Assembly: GCA_039794845.1 (NCBI GenBank)
Contig: JAUQVK010000013.1
Span: 380-64,074, forward strand
From: Thermostichus sp. DRC_bins_24
GTDB lineage: Bacteria; Cyanobacteriota; Cyanobacteriia; Thermostichales; Thermostichaceae
Length of the DNA: 63,695 bases
Direction of reading: 5' to 3'
Part shown: positions 11,239 through 20,207 of the stretch, piece after piece
Position numbering within the stretch: position 1 is the stretch's first letter
Layout of the letters: the number at the start of each line of letters is the position of its first letter
Notes under the pieces: generated by a model
Databases searched by the model: none
What the model saw: the letters and a program-made list of their open reading frames with translations, nothing else
Told to the model about the DNA's origin: nothing
Program-made: the position numbers and the translations under genes

Positions 11239-11792
11239 TGCACTCAGCCCGATAAAACTGATTGAGTTAATTATGTCTGTACTCAAGGGTTCAAACCCTG
11301 CGGTGAAGCCCGATCCAAACTTTTTTGGGGATAGGGGGTCTGGACTTTTTGGGAAAGGGATCCCGTATTTTTGAAGAGGGGTACGGGGAAAAAGGCTCCA
11401 CTCCGGATCCCCAAAACTCCCTCTATAAATAGACTTGCGGCAATTGTTAAACAAACCCAAATCCCTGAGTGGATGCACTCATCCGCCACAGACCCAGGCT
11501 GTGTTTTGCATCAACCGCTACAATTAATAAGGTATCAGCAAAAAAGTGTATTGAAAATAGCCGTTTTACGGAATAGTCATTTTTTAAGCATTGGCCTGAG
11601 TACACCCATGTCCTCAAGAACTGCGATTTCTCTGTTCAGGATGGGTAGGGGTTTTGCCAGATTTGATGTACTCAAAAAATACCTGTCCCCCACAGGATTA
11701 ATACCGGATCCCTGCCGAAAAAAGTCTCAACCCCTCCCCCCGAAAAAAACTTTTTCTTGAGTCAGGGCAGGGATCTTAGGCCAGTGAGTACA
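11239..11792. promoter_or_regulatory. Divergent nif promoter region with repeated TGAGTACA motifs (putative CnfR-responsive elements)
   Basis: Perfect copies at 11278(-), 11597(+), 11667(-) and 11785(+); one-mismatch copies at 11239, 11474 and 11609. Confidence 0.7.
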
Positions 11793-11887
11793 ACCCTAAT
11801 AATCCAATCAATCCTGATCCCTTGACGCCACCGATTGGCAGCCGGCATCGCTTGCTATAAGCAGGGGAACAGATTTCCCGGTGCTCT

Positions 11888-12166
11888 ATGTCCCCTACCC
11901 TCTGCCCTCAACCGGAAACTGCCCACCTGCTGCAGGTGCCCCGCTGCGATCGCTGGCGGATCCTCTACCGCCTACAGGAGCTGGGTTTGATCTGTGGCTG
12001 CGCCCCCACCGAGCACCTGTGGGTGATGATTCGCACCCCTGCCGAGGCTCTGCTCGTCCACAGCGTGCTGCGGCCGTTTACCCTCAATCGGTCGGGCTTG
12101 GTGAACTGGCTGGATCACTGCTGGTCGCTGCAGCCCTACGATCCCTGCCCCTGTCTCGAGCCCTGA
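11888..12166 (+). CDS. Asr1405/Asl0597-like nif-cluster protein
   Basis: DRWRILYRLQELGLIC...LVNWLDHCW pattern. Confidence 0.75.
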   Translation: MSPTLCPQPETAHLLQVPRCDRWRILYRLQELGLICGCAPTEHLWVMIRTPAEALLVHSVLRPFTLNRSGLVNWLDHCWSLQPYDPCPCLEP

Positions 12167-12246
12167 GCTCACACCTGGGATCAAAGGCATCCCGGTCTAA
12201 CAACAGACAACAGGTATCTTCTGTCCACCCCATTCTGGTAGCTCCT

Positions 12247-12789
12247 ATGACCACCTCACCCATAGTTCAACGCACCTTCAGCGAAATTCAAGATAACCCG
12301 ATCGGACTGGGTCGAGAGGTTGCGGTTCCCATCTGCGAGGGCCTTAACCTGGTTTGGGCCAGCCTACAGGGGCTGTATCTGCAGTACCTAAAGCACCATC
12401 TGGTGGTGGCCGGGGCGGAGTTCTACTCGGTTCATCAGTTTTTCAACGAAAGCCTGCAGGAGGTGCAAGCCCAGGCCCACGACATCGGGGAACGCCTCAA
12501 CGGGTTGGGCGGGATCCCGGCCTCCGGCTTCGCCACCTTGGCCGAGCTGTGCTGCTTCAGCCCCGAAGGAGATGACGTGGTGGGGATCCGGGCCATGTTG
12601 GAGGCGGATCTGCGGGCGGAGCAAAGCCTGGTGGATCTGTTGCGTCGCCAGGCGGCTTTGGCCGAAAGTGTCGGGGATCGGGCCACCCGCTACCTTTACG
12701 AGCGGCTTTTGCTCAAGGCCGAGGAACGGGCCTTTCATGTGGATCATTTTCTGGCGGAGGACAGTTTAACCCTGGGCCTCCCCCGTTAG
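12247..12789 (+). CDS. dps: Dps/ferritin-like protein
   Basis: NPIGL, YLKHHLVVAGAEFYSVHQFF, HDIGERLNGLGG, EERAFHVDHFL. Confidence 0.88.
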   Translation: MTTSPIVQRTFSEIQDNPIGLGREVAVPICEGLNLVWASLQGLYLQYLKHHLVVAGAEFYSVHQFFNESLQEVQAQAHDIGERLNGLGGIPASGFATLAELCCFSPEGDDVVGIRAMLEADLRAEQSLVDLLRRQAALAESVGDRATRYLYERLLLKAEERAFHVDHFLAEDSLTLGLPR

Positions 12790-12876
12790 TGAGCCTGGAA
12801 AAACTGGAAAAGTTTGACCCGAAGTTTAGATCCACTCACAAGCAATTAGATCCCCTCAAACCAGGAAGATTACGCC

Positions 12877-13110
12877 ATGATGCCCCCCCATATCCTCTCC
12901 CTCCTGAATGCTTTGCAAACCGAGCTAGGGATCCCTGAAGCTGCCATCGCCTTTGTGCTCAAACGTCAAACCCGAGAGCAAGGCCCCCTGCCCATCTTGC
13001 TCTGGCGTTACGGTCTGATCTCGCTGGAGCAACTGGTTCCGGTATTGGAGTGGTGTGCCGGCTTTGAAACCCCTATTCCTGCATCCTCACCCTGGAGATC
13101 CGACCCATGA
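12877..13110 (+). CDS. DUF2949-like small protein
   Basis: LQTELGIP...GPLPILLWRYGLISLEQL. Confidence 0.75.
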   Translation: MMPPHILSLLNALQTELGIPEAAIAFVLKRQTREQGPLPILLWRYGLISLEQLVPVLEWCAGFETPIPASSPWRSDP

Positions 13111-13433
13111 CCTACCCCACCGTCAACTCCCCTGCTGCTGCCAACACGGTTTGGCATCCCTTCAAACGGCTGCTGGACTGGCTGCGCCGATGGCTGAACA
13201 GCATTGAAATTAAGAGCCTGCGGCAGGCCCGCTGGATCTGTCGCTTGATCCCGGCCTCCTGTCCCTTTGAGCGGGATATCCGGCTGGGATCCCGTACCCT
13301 GCATATTCCTGCCCTGTGTCGGATTAACCCCCTCTACGAACCAATCATTGCCCTGCGCCTGCGGGCTGCCCACTACCTAGCCAACGCATCAACCCCTGTA
13401 CCAACCCCTTCGGAGACACAGCCATGCCCATGA
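13107..13433 (+). CDS. Mo-dependent nitrogenase C-terminal-domain-like protein
   Basis: [15 protein letters not shown]...[13 protein letters not shown]...LRLRA. Confidence 0.8.
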   Translation: MTYPTVNSPAAANTVWHPFKRLLDWLRRWLNSIEIKSLRQARWICRLIPASCPFERDIRLGSRTLHIPALCRINPLYEPIIALRLRAAHYLANASTPVPTPSETQPCP

Positions 13434-14863
13434 TGACGGGTCGCAAGGTGGCGGAGTTACTCGACGAACCCGCCTGTGCGCACAACCACAAAAAAGACGG
13501 CAAGGGCAAAAACAAAGTCTGCGCCGAGCAGGCCAAACCGGGAGGGGCCCAAGGGGGCTGTGCCTTTGATGGGGCCTCGATTGCCCTGGTGCCGATCACG
13601 GATGCTGCCCATCTGGTGCACGGGCCGATTGCCTGTAGCGGCAACTCCTGGGGTAACCGGGGGAGCCTTTCGTCGGGATCCCGGCTCTATCAGGTGGGCT
13701 TTACCACCGATCTGAGCGAAAACGAGATCATCTTTGGGGGGGAGGGCAAACTGCTGCAGGCCATCCACCACCTGCACGAGCGCTACCACCCCGCCGCCAT
13801 CTTTGTCTATCTCACCTGCGTCACCGCCCTGATCGGGGATGATGTGGAGGCGGTCTGTCAAAAAGCCAGCTACCAGCTCGGGATCCCGGTGATCCCGGTG
13901 AATGCGCCGGGGTTTGTGGGCAGCAAAAATCTGGGCAACCGCATCGCCGGCGAAACCTTGCTGGACTATGTGATCGGTACTGCCCAGCCGGAGTACACCA
14001 CCCCCTACGACATCAACCTGATCGGCGAGTACAACATCGCCGGGGAACTGTGGAATGTGTTGCCCCTGCTGGAGGAGCTGGGGATCCGGGTGTTGGCCAA
14101 GATGACCGGCGATGCCCGCTACCACGAGATCTGCACTGCCCACCGGGCCAAGCTGAATGTGCTGATCTGCGCCAAGGCCCTGCTCAATGTGGGCCGCAAA
14201 ATGCAGGAGCGCTACGGGATCCCCTACATCGAAACCTCCTTTTACGGGCTGGCGGAGATGAACCAGTGCCTGCGGGGGATTGCCCAAGCCCTGGGGGATC
14301 CCGACTTAGAGCAGCGCACCGAGGCCCTGATCCAGCGGGAAACCCAGGCCACCCAAGCGGCCTTGGCCCCCTATCGCCAGCGGCTGACGGGCAAACGGGT
14401 GGTGCTTTACACCGGCGGGGTGAAAAGCTGGTCGATCATCTCCGCCGCCCAGGATCTGGGCCTTCAGGTCACCGCCACCAGCACCCGCAAAAGCACCGAA
14501 GAAGACAAAGCCCGCATCCGCGAGCTTCTGGGCCAAGACGGCATCCTGCTGGAGAAGGAGGGGCCAAAGCAGTTGCTACAGGTGCTGGAACGCACCCGGG
14601 CGGATCTGCTGATTGCCGGCGGTCGCAACCAGTACACCGCCCTCAAGGCGCGGATCCCGTTTTTGGATATCAACCAGGAGCGGCATCATGCCTATGCCGG
14701 GTACCGGGGGCTTGTGACCCTGGCCCGCGAGCTCGATGCCGCCCTCTACAGCCCCATCTGGGAGCAGGTGCGTCGGCCCGCCCCCTGGGATGTGGACTCT
14801 TCCAGTTCGGGGGATTGGGATCCCACGGATCGCTCCCCTCACCACAAACCGGAGGTGACGTAA
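13424..14863 (+). CDS. nifE: FeMo-co scaffold NifE
   Basis: [30 protein letters not shown]. Confidence 0.96.
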   Translation: MPMMTGRKVAELLDEPACAHNHKKDGKGKNKVCAEQAKPGGAQGGCAFDGASIALVPITDAAHLVHGPIACSGNSWGNRGSLSSGSRLYQVGFTTDLSENEIIFGGEGKLLQAIHHLHERYHPAAIFVYLTCVTALIGDDVEAVCQKASYQLGIPVIPVNAPGFVGSKNLGNRIAGETLLDYVIGTAQPEYTTPYDINLIGEYNIAGELWNVLPLLEELGIRVLAKMTGDARYHEICTAHRAKLNVLICAKALLNVGRKMQERYGIPYIETSFYGLAEMNQCLRGIAQALGDPDLEQRTEALIQRETQATQAALAPYRQRLTGKRVVLYTGGVKSWSIISAAQDLGLQVTATSTRKSTEEDKARIRELLGQDGILLEKEGPKQLLQVLERTRADLLIAGGRNQYTALKARIPFLDINQERHHAYAGYRGLVTLARELDAALYSPIWEQVRRPAPWDVDSSSSGDWDPTDRSPHHKPEVT

Positions 14864-16161
14864 TGGCCCAGATCATCCAAGACCGCAAACCCCTTAGCGT
14901 CAATCCCCTCAAGCTGAGTGCCCCGCTGGGGGCCGCCCTCGCCTTCTTGGGGATCAAAGGGTGCCTGCCCCTGTTTCACGGATCCCAGGGATGTACCGCC
15001 TTTGCCAAGGTGGTGCTGGTGCGCCATTTCCGCGAGGCCATCCCCATGGCCACCACCGCTATGTCTGAGGTGGATACCATCCTGGGGGGTGAAGAGAATA
15101 TCGAAACCGCCATCCTTACCCTGGTGGAGAAAGCCCAGCCGGAGCTGATCGGCCTGCTCACCACCGGCCTCACCGAAACCCGGGGGGATGATATGCCCCG
15201 CATCCTCCAGGAACTGCGCCGGCGCCAGCCCCAATTGGATGGGTTGCCCATTGTCTTGGCCTCCACCCCCGACTTCAAGGGATCCCTGCAGGAGGGCTTT
15301 GCCACGGCGGTGAATAGCCTGGTGCAAACCCTACCAAAGGAAGGCCCCGTGGATCCGGCTCAGGTGACGGTGTTGTGTGGCTCCGCCCTTACCCCCGCCG
15401 ATGGCCAGGAGATTAAAGAGATGGTGCAGGCCTTTGGCCTGGATCCGATCCTGCTGCCGGATTTGTCGGGATCTTTGGATGGACATCTGGGGGAAGGATT
15501 TGCGGCCACCCCCACTGGCGGCACCAGCTTGGCCCAAATCCGGCGGATGGGGCGCTCGGCCCTGACCTTGGCCATCGGAGACAGCATGCTTTCGGCGGCC
15601 CATATCCTGAACAATCGGTTTGGCACCCCCTTTCAGCTGTTTCCCCACCTCACCGGCCTCAAGGCGGTGGATGCGTTTTTGGCCCAGCTTGCCGACTACA
15701 GCAAACGGCCCGTCCCCGCCCGTTATCGCCAGCAACGACGGCAGGTGCAGGATGCCCTCTTGGATAGCCACTTCTACTTTGGCGGCAAACGGATCGCCCT
15801 GGCCCTGGAGGCGGATCTGCTCTGGGGCTGCGTGGACTGGCTGCTGGACATGGGCTGCGTGATTCAGGCGGCGATCTGTCCCACAGCCACCCCCAGCTTG
15901 GGGGATTTGCCCCTCAAGACCGTTTATGTCGGGGATCTGGGGGATCTGGAAAGCCTGGCTCAGGGGGCCGATCTGCTGGTGGGCAACTCCCATGTGGCCC
16001 GTATCGGTAAGCGGCTGGGGATCCCGGTGCATCGGCTGGGGATCCCGATTTTTGACCGCTTGGGGGCCAACCACCTCTGTCAGGTAGGCTACCGCGGCAC
16101 CCTGGCCCAACTTTTCTCGGTCGGCAACCTGTTGATGGAGCAGGAAGAAGCGCACCCGTGA
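14863..16161 (+). CDS. nifN: FeMo-co scaffold NifN
   Basis: TAATG coupling with nifE; NPLKLSAPLGA, HGSQGCTAF, RHFRE. Confidence 0.95.
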   Translation: MAQIIQDRKPLSVNPLKLSAPLGAALAFLGIKGCLPLFHGSQGCTAFAKVVLVRHFREAIPMATTAMSEVDTILGGEENIETAILTLVEKAQPELIGLLTTGLTETRGDDMPRILQELRRRQPQLDGLPIVLASTPDFKGSLQEGFATAVNSLVQTLPKEGPVDPAQVTVLCGSALTPADGQEIKEMVQAFGLDPILLPDLSGSLDGHLGEGFAATPTGGTSLAQIRRMGRSALTLAIGDSMLSAAHILNNRFGTPFQLFPHLTGLKAVDAFLAQLADYSKRPVPARYRQQRRQVQDALLDSHFYFGGKRIALALEADLLWGCVDWLLDMGCVIQAAICPTATPSLGDLPLKTVYVGDLGDLESLAQGADLLVGNSHVARIGKRLGIPVHRLGIPIFDRLGANHLCQVGYRGTLAQLFSVGNLLMEQEEAHP

Positions 16162-16230
16162 TCTCCATCCGAGCACAGTTCACTCGCAGTTCTTGACTGA
16201 TCTTGACCCAGTTGATTTAGGAGGAAACCC

Positions 16231-16635
16231 ATGCAAGTAGCCTTTACCACCCGCGACGGGGAACACGTCAACGCCCACTTTGGTTGGGCCAATCAAATCG
16301 ATCTCTACGACGTTACGCCGGAGGGCTATCGCTTTCGAGAAACCCTTACCTTTGGTGACAACCTTGCTGCCGATGGCAATGAAGATAAGTTGGTGCCCAA
16401 GCTGGCCGCCTTGACCCATGTCACCCTCATCTATGTTGCCGCCATCGGCAGCAGTGCCGCCGCCCGCCTGATCAGCCGCCGCATCACCCCCATCAAGGTG
16501 CAATCGGAGGAGGAAACCATTGAGCATCTGCTCCAGCGGTTGGTTGCCACCCTCCACAGTCCTCCCCCTTGGTTGCGCAAGGTGTTGCTGACCGAATCCG
16601 GTCAACTGGATACCCCGCAGGAGGTGCGGTCATGA
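16231..16635 (+). CDS. nifX: NifX
   Basis: HVNAHFGWA, DGNEDKL, PPPWLRK. Confidence 0.93.
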   Translation: MQVAFTTRDGEHVNAHFGWANQIDLYDVTPEGYRFRETLTFGDNLAADGNEDKLVPKLAALTHVTLIYVAAIGSSAAARLISRRITPIKVQSEEETIEHLLQRLVATLHSPPPWLRKVLLTESGQLDTPQEVRS

Positions 16636-17090
16636 CCACCCTGCAGGATCCCGTGGCCCTCAAAAGCCCCGTGGTACAAGAAATCCTCCGCCAACTGCGA
16701 GCCGGGGATTCCTACGGGGTTTACCGTGGCTGGGCCGATGAGTTGTTACTCAAACCCTTCTTGGTCTCCAAAGCGCAGAAGCGGGCTATTTCCGTCGAGG
16801 GAGTCGTGGATCCGGTCACCCAAGGCCGCATCCTCATCTATTACCGCGCCATTGCCGCCCTGATTGAAAAAGAAACCGGGTTGCTGGCTCAAGTGGTGCT
16901 GGATATCAACGATGAAGGCTTCGGCTGGGTGCTGATTTTTTCCGGTCGCTTGGTGCTGGTGGTCAATACCCTACGGGATGCCCATCGCTTTGGGTTTGAA
17001 TCATTAGAAAGCCTCAGCCAAAAGGCCGAATCCCTGATTGCCAAAGGGATCCAATTGGCCCGCACCTACCCGGAGGTCGGGCGACTGTAA
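16632..17090 (+). CDS. NifX-associated nitrogen fixation protein (DUF269-like)
   Basis: DSYGVY...EGFGWVLIFSGRL...LRDAHRFGF. Confidence 0.88.
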   Translation: MTTLQDPVALKSPVVQEILRQLRAGDSYGVYRGWADELLLKPFLVSKAQKRAISVEGVVDPVTQGRILIYYRAIAALIEKETGLLAQVVLDINDEGFGWVLIFSGRLVLVVNTLRDAHRFGFESLESLSQKAESLIAKGIQLARTYPEVGRL

Positions 17091-17125
17091 ACGCTTATTT
17101 TCCCAATTTAGGAACTCTCAAACCC

Positions 17126-17347
17126 ATGTCCAGCCAACCCCAAACCCTCTCCGCCTCTGAACTGAAGACCCGGATCAAACGCCTGACCAGCCAGGCAGGC
17201 CAACTGAAGATGGATCTTCACGATCTGGCGGAGGGGCTGCCCACTGACTATGAATTACTGCCCGAATTGGCCACCCGCACCTACAACCTGTTTGTAGAGC
17301 TGGAAACCCTCAAACAACATCTCAAACATCTGGAGGCTAACCCATGA
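17126..17347 (+). CDS. CCE_0567/Rop-like nif metalloprotein
   Basis: [16 protein letters not shown]. Confidence 0.85.
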   Translation: MSSQPQTLSASELKTRIKRLTSQAGQLKMDLHDLAEGLPTDYELLPELATRTYNLFVELETLKQHLKHLEANP

Positions 17348-17712
17348 CAACTCAGCCCAGACGGCACTGGCATGAGCTAAAGGGATTGGTGAATGCTGAG
17401 GATTTTTTTGCCTTTTTTGAGCTGCCCTATGATCCCCAGGTGATCAACGTCAATCGGCTGCATATTTTGCGAAAGTTCTCCCAGCATTTGCGTCCTTTAG
17501 ATAACTTTCAGGGCAGCGAACAAGAACAGCTCAAACAAGCCCGCCAAGCCTTAGAAAAGGCCTACCAAACCTTTCTCACCTCCACCCCTCAGCAGGAAAA
17601 ACTCTTTCGAGTCTTTCAAGACATTCAAGACAATGGATCCGCCTGCAGGGATCCGGTGACCGGGTGTGCAGGTTGTAGCTCAGGCCAAAGTCGACAGGCT
17701 TGCCCTCCCTGA
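17344..17712 (+). CDS. nifW: NifW
   Basis: [28 protein letters not shown]. Confidence 0.92.
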   Translation: MTTQPRRHWHELKGLVNAEDFFAFFELPYDPQVINVNRLHILRKFSQHLRPLDNFQGSEQEQLKQARQALEKAYQTFLTSTPQQEKLFRVFQDIQDNGSACRDPVTGCAGCSSGQSRQACPP

Positions 17713-17748
17713 TATCCCCTCGCTTGTTCACCCTTTGGAGTTTCCATC

Positions 17749-17922
17749 ATGGCCACCTACACCATTCATCTGATCCACAAAAAACGCCAGCTCGATCGTT
17801 TTATTAGCGTTGACGAGAACACCACCATTCTCAAAGCAGCCGAAGATCAAGACATCGACCTACCCTTCTCCCGTCAATCGGGAGGGTGCTCCTCCTACGT
17901 AGGCAAAATGCTCCCAACTTAA
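17749..17922 (+). pseudogene. fdxH: Decayed, truncated [2Fe-2S] ferredoxin (FdxH-like)
   Basis: Hand translation MATYTIHLIHKKRQLDRFISVDENTTILKAAEDQDIDLPFSRQSGGCSSYVGKMLPT*; GGAG upstream; absent from the ORF track (57 aa). Confidence 0.85.
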
Positions 17923-17950
17923 CAGTCCCAATCTCATCAGGAGTCTTCTC

Positions 17951-18205
17951 ATGAACACGTGCTTTCTTCACCTAGGATCCATCCTTAAAACTGCGGAGGA
18001 GCTTAGCCAAAGCAAACTCACTACCCCCAGCCTAGAGCAAATTCAACGGCGCACCCATCTCAGTGCAGAACAGATGGTCAAAGCGCTTGAGTTAGAACCC
18101 AACCCTCTTGGCTGGCATTTGGTTCCTTGCTCGGATCACCCCAAGAATGCTTTTTGGGTCAGAGGGCGACCCTACGGAGCTTTGGTCATCGAGCGATTTG
18201 CGTGA
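17951..18205 (+). CDS. Hypothetical protein
   Basis: 84-aa ATG ORF with GGAG upstream; no family recognised. Confidence 0.4.
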   Translation: MNTCFLHLGSILKTAEELSQSKLTTPSLEQIQRRTHLSAEQMVKALELEPNPLGWHLVPCSDHPKNAFWVRGRPYGALVIERFA

Positions 18206-18562
18206 TGCTTAGAGAGCCTCCTTCAACAGTTCTTGCTCAAGGATGCAAACCCTGATTCACCCTGCCTAAAAGTTCAGGGTGAACTTAACAAAACTGCTCT
18301 CTCTCCTCTGATCTTGGTATCAGGGGAGACTTTTTCTGTAAAAAATGTTTTTGCTGATACTGCTTGAAGATTAAAAGAAACAAAAAATCTGATGAATGTT
18401 CAATACCAACCAAAATGAATGCGGCGTGACTTAAAACCTAGGGTATCGTGCAGAAAACCTTGCCTTAAAGAAATTCTGAGTTGAGGCTTCGAACGGGAGA
18501 CGCTCCGATTCGAGTCTTGGGTTGTACATGGATGGTAAACCTCTAGTCCGAGCTTTTGTAGT

Positions 18563-20173
18563 ATGGCTTACCAAATCCCATCAGAGTGTACGGGTTGTTA
18601 CAGCTGTCTGGCCCAGTGTCCTACCCAGGCGATTAGCGTTGAAGATGGAGAGATTTGGATCAATCCTTTGCTTTGCAATAACTGCAAGGGCTTTTTCCCA
18701 GAGCCTCAATGCGTGACGGTCTGCCCAGAATCACTGGTGCAGCCCTACGAATCTCTAAAAGGAAGAACCAAAGCTATCGAGGCCCAAGTCCGCTGTAGCC
18801 CTCCGCTCTTTCTGAACGGGAAAACCCAGGTCTTTGCCTCGTCAATTTTAATTTGGGAAACCTGTAACCTGCTGGCTCAAGCAGATTCTTTACCCCTCAA
18901 GATAGGGGAAAATGGTATCCTCTGCTACGAAAAGCCTGTTCTACAAAATCGGGGATCCCTGACCCTTTGCCGAGAGAGTGTTCCTGATAACTCTCAGCAT
19001 TTCTCGGATCCGCGTGTGGCCTGTTTGCACCTCATCTTTGCGGGCTATGCGGTGGAACTTCATAACCCCTGGCAGAATCCTTTTGTCTGTTCTGATCAAC
19101 AGTTAGAGTCTTATTTGGGTTGGGAAAAGCGTAAGGATCTCAGCAAGATTGAGCGGCTAACGTTACTCAAAAACTGGATTGAACAGGTTTGTCAGATTCA
19201 TGCAGCAGTTGAATGGCCTGTGCAAGGGAAAGTCAATGCCTTTTCTGTCCCGTTAGGGCCGATCTGGAAGCTCTTAAAAGTGCATCACCATTTTCAAAAA
19301 GATGAACAGGGGTGTAACCATTTGGTGGGGTTAACCTGGGTGATTCAGCCGGGGGAATGGGCACGATTTTTTCTCAATCGACAGGGACATCGGCGTCAGG
19401 AGGCGTTTTATCAATACAGCCATTTGCCCCTTTCATTACTCCATGCGGTGATGAGCCACTGGCAACACCATCCTGGAGCGGTGCGAATGGTGCTGTGGTT
19501 GCTGTTTAAGGTGCGGATGGGGCGACAACAACGGGTGACCGTTCAGACCTTGATGCGGGTGGCCTATGGCGAAGCCCGACTGCAGGAAGCCCATACTCAG
19601 GCCAAAGAGCGCAAGCGCCTGGTGCGGATGTTTGAACATGATCTGGAAGTGCTCAGCCAGTGGGGACTCAACCCCATCTTCGATCCGGAATCCTATCCGA
19701 TGGAGATTCGCCCCCTGTGGTCCAAGCTAGGGGCCATTCCCGATGATGCCGAAGAAGCTCTTGATTTTTGGATCGAGGATGCCCATCAGAGTGGATCCCT
19801 GACAGCCTCCAGCCCACGGGGTAAGTGGGGATTGCTGATGCAGGCCCGCATTCAACAGTTTGAGCTGCCAAAAGACTGGCATCCCCAGGCGGATCCCTCT
19901 CGGGACTTCAAGCCCGAGGCCTCCCGACGCAAGGGATCCCGACGCAAACCCCACACCTCCAAGGCAACTCCATCCAGCCCGGTTTCCACCTTTTGTGGAG
20001 CTGAGATTTCTGCTGCCCGTCGGCAACGGGGGATCAGCCAACGGGAATTGGCTCAGCAAATCGGCAAAAGTCAGAGTTGGGTTCGGGATGTGGAGAATGA
20101 GCGATTTCGCATCGGCTCCGGCGACCAAAGGCGCCTGCTGCAGGCGCTCAAATTGGAGCCACGGCACCCATAG
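18563..20173 (+). CDS. cnfR: nif transcriptional activator CnfR/PatB
   Basis: N-terminal CTGCYSCLAQCP...CNNC...CVTVCP ferredoxin domain and C-terminal XRE HTH (GISQRELAQQIGKSQSWVRDVE). Confidence 0.92.
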   Translation: MAYQIPSECTGCYSCLAQCPTQAISVEDGEIWINPLLCNNCKGFFPEPQCVTVCPESLVQPYESLKGRTKAIEAQVRCSPPLFLNGKTQVFASSILIWETCNLLAQADSLPLKIGENGILCYEKPVLQNRGSLTLCRESVPDNSQHFSDPRVACLHLIFAGYAVELHNPWQNPFVCSDQQLESYLGWEKRKDLSKIERLTLLKNWIEQVCQIHAAVEWPVQGKVNAFSVPLGPIWKLLKVHHHFQKDEQGCNHLVGLTWVIQPGEWARFFLNRQGHRRQEAFYQYSHLPLSLLHAVMSHWQHHPGAVRMVLWLLFKVRMGRQQRVTVQTLMRVAYGEARLQEAHTQAKERKRLVRMFEHDLEVLSQWGLNPIFDPESYPMEIRPLWSKLGAIPDDAEEALDFWIEDAHQSGSLTASSPRGKWGLLMQARIQQFELPKDWHPQADPSRDFKPEASRRKGSRRKPHTSKATPSSPVSTFCGAEISAARRQRGISQRELAQQIGKSQSWVRDVENERFRIGSGDQRRLLQALKLEPRHP

Positions 20174-20207
20174 AGTTGAATGGACGGAGAAAGCTCAATT
20201 GCCCTTC

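Noticed and set aside
11881..12789. 302-aa extended Dps ORF
   Set aside because: The extension overlaps the real 11888-12166 gene in another frame; the Dps-like sequence starts at 12247.
14050..16161. 703-aa ORF suggesting a NifE-NifN fusion
   Set aside because: The upstream part is an alternative frame of nifE; nifN starts at the TAATG junction (14863).
19860..20207. N-terminal extension of cbiG/cobJ overlapping cnfR
   Set aside because: Alternative-frame read of the cnfR 3' end; ATG 20208 is the plausible start.
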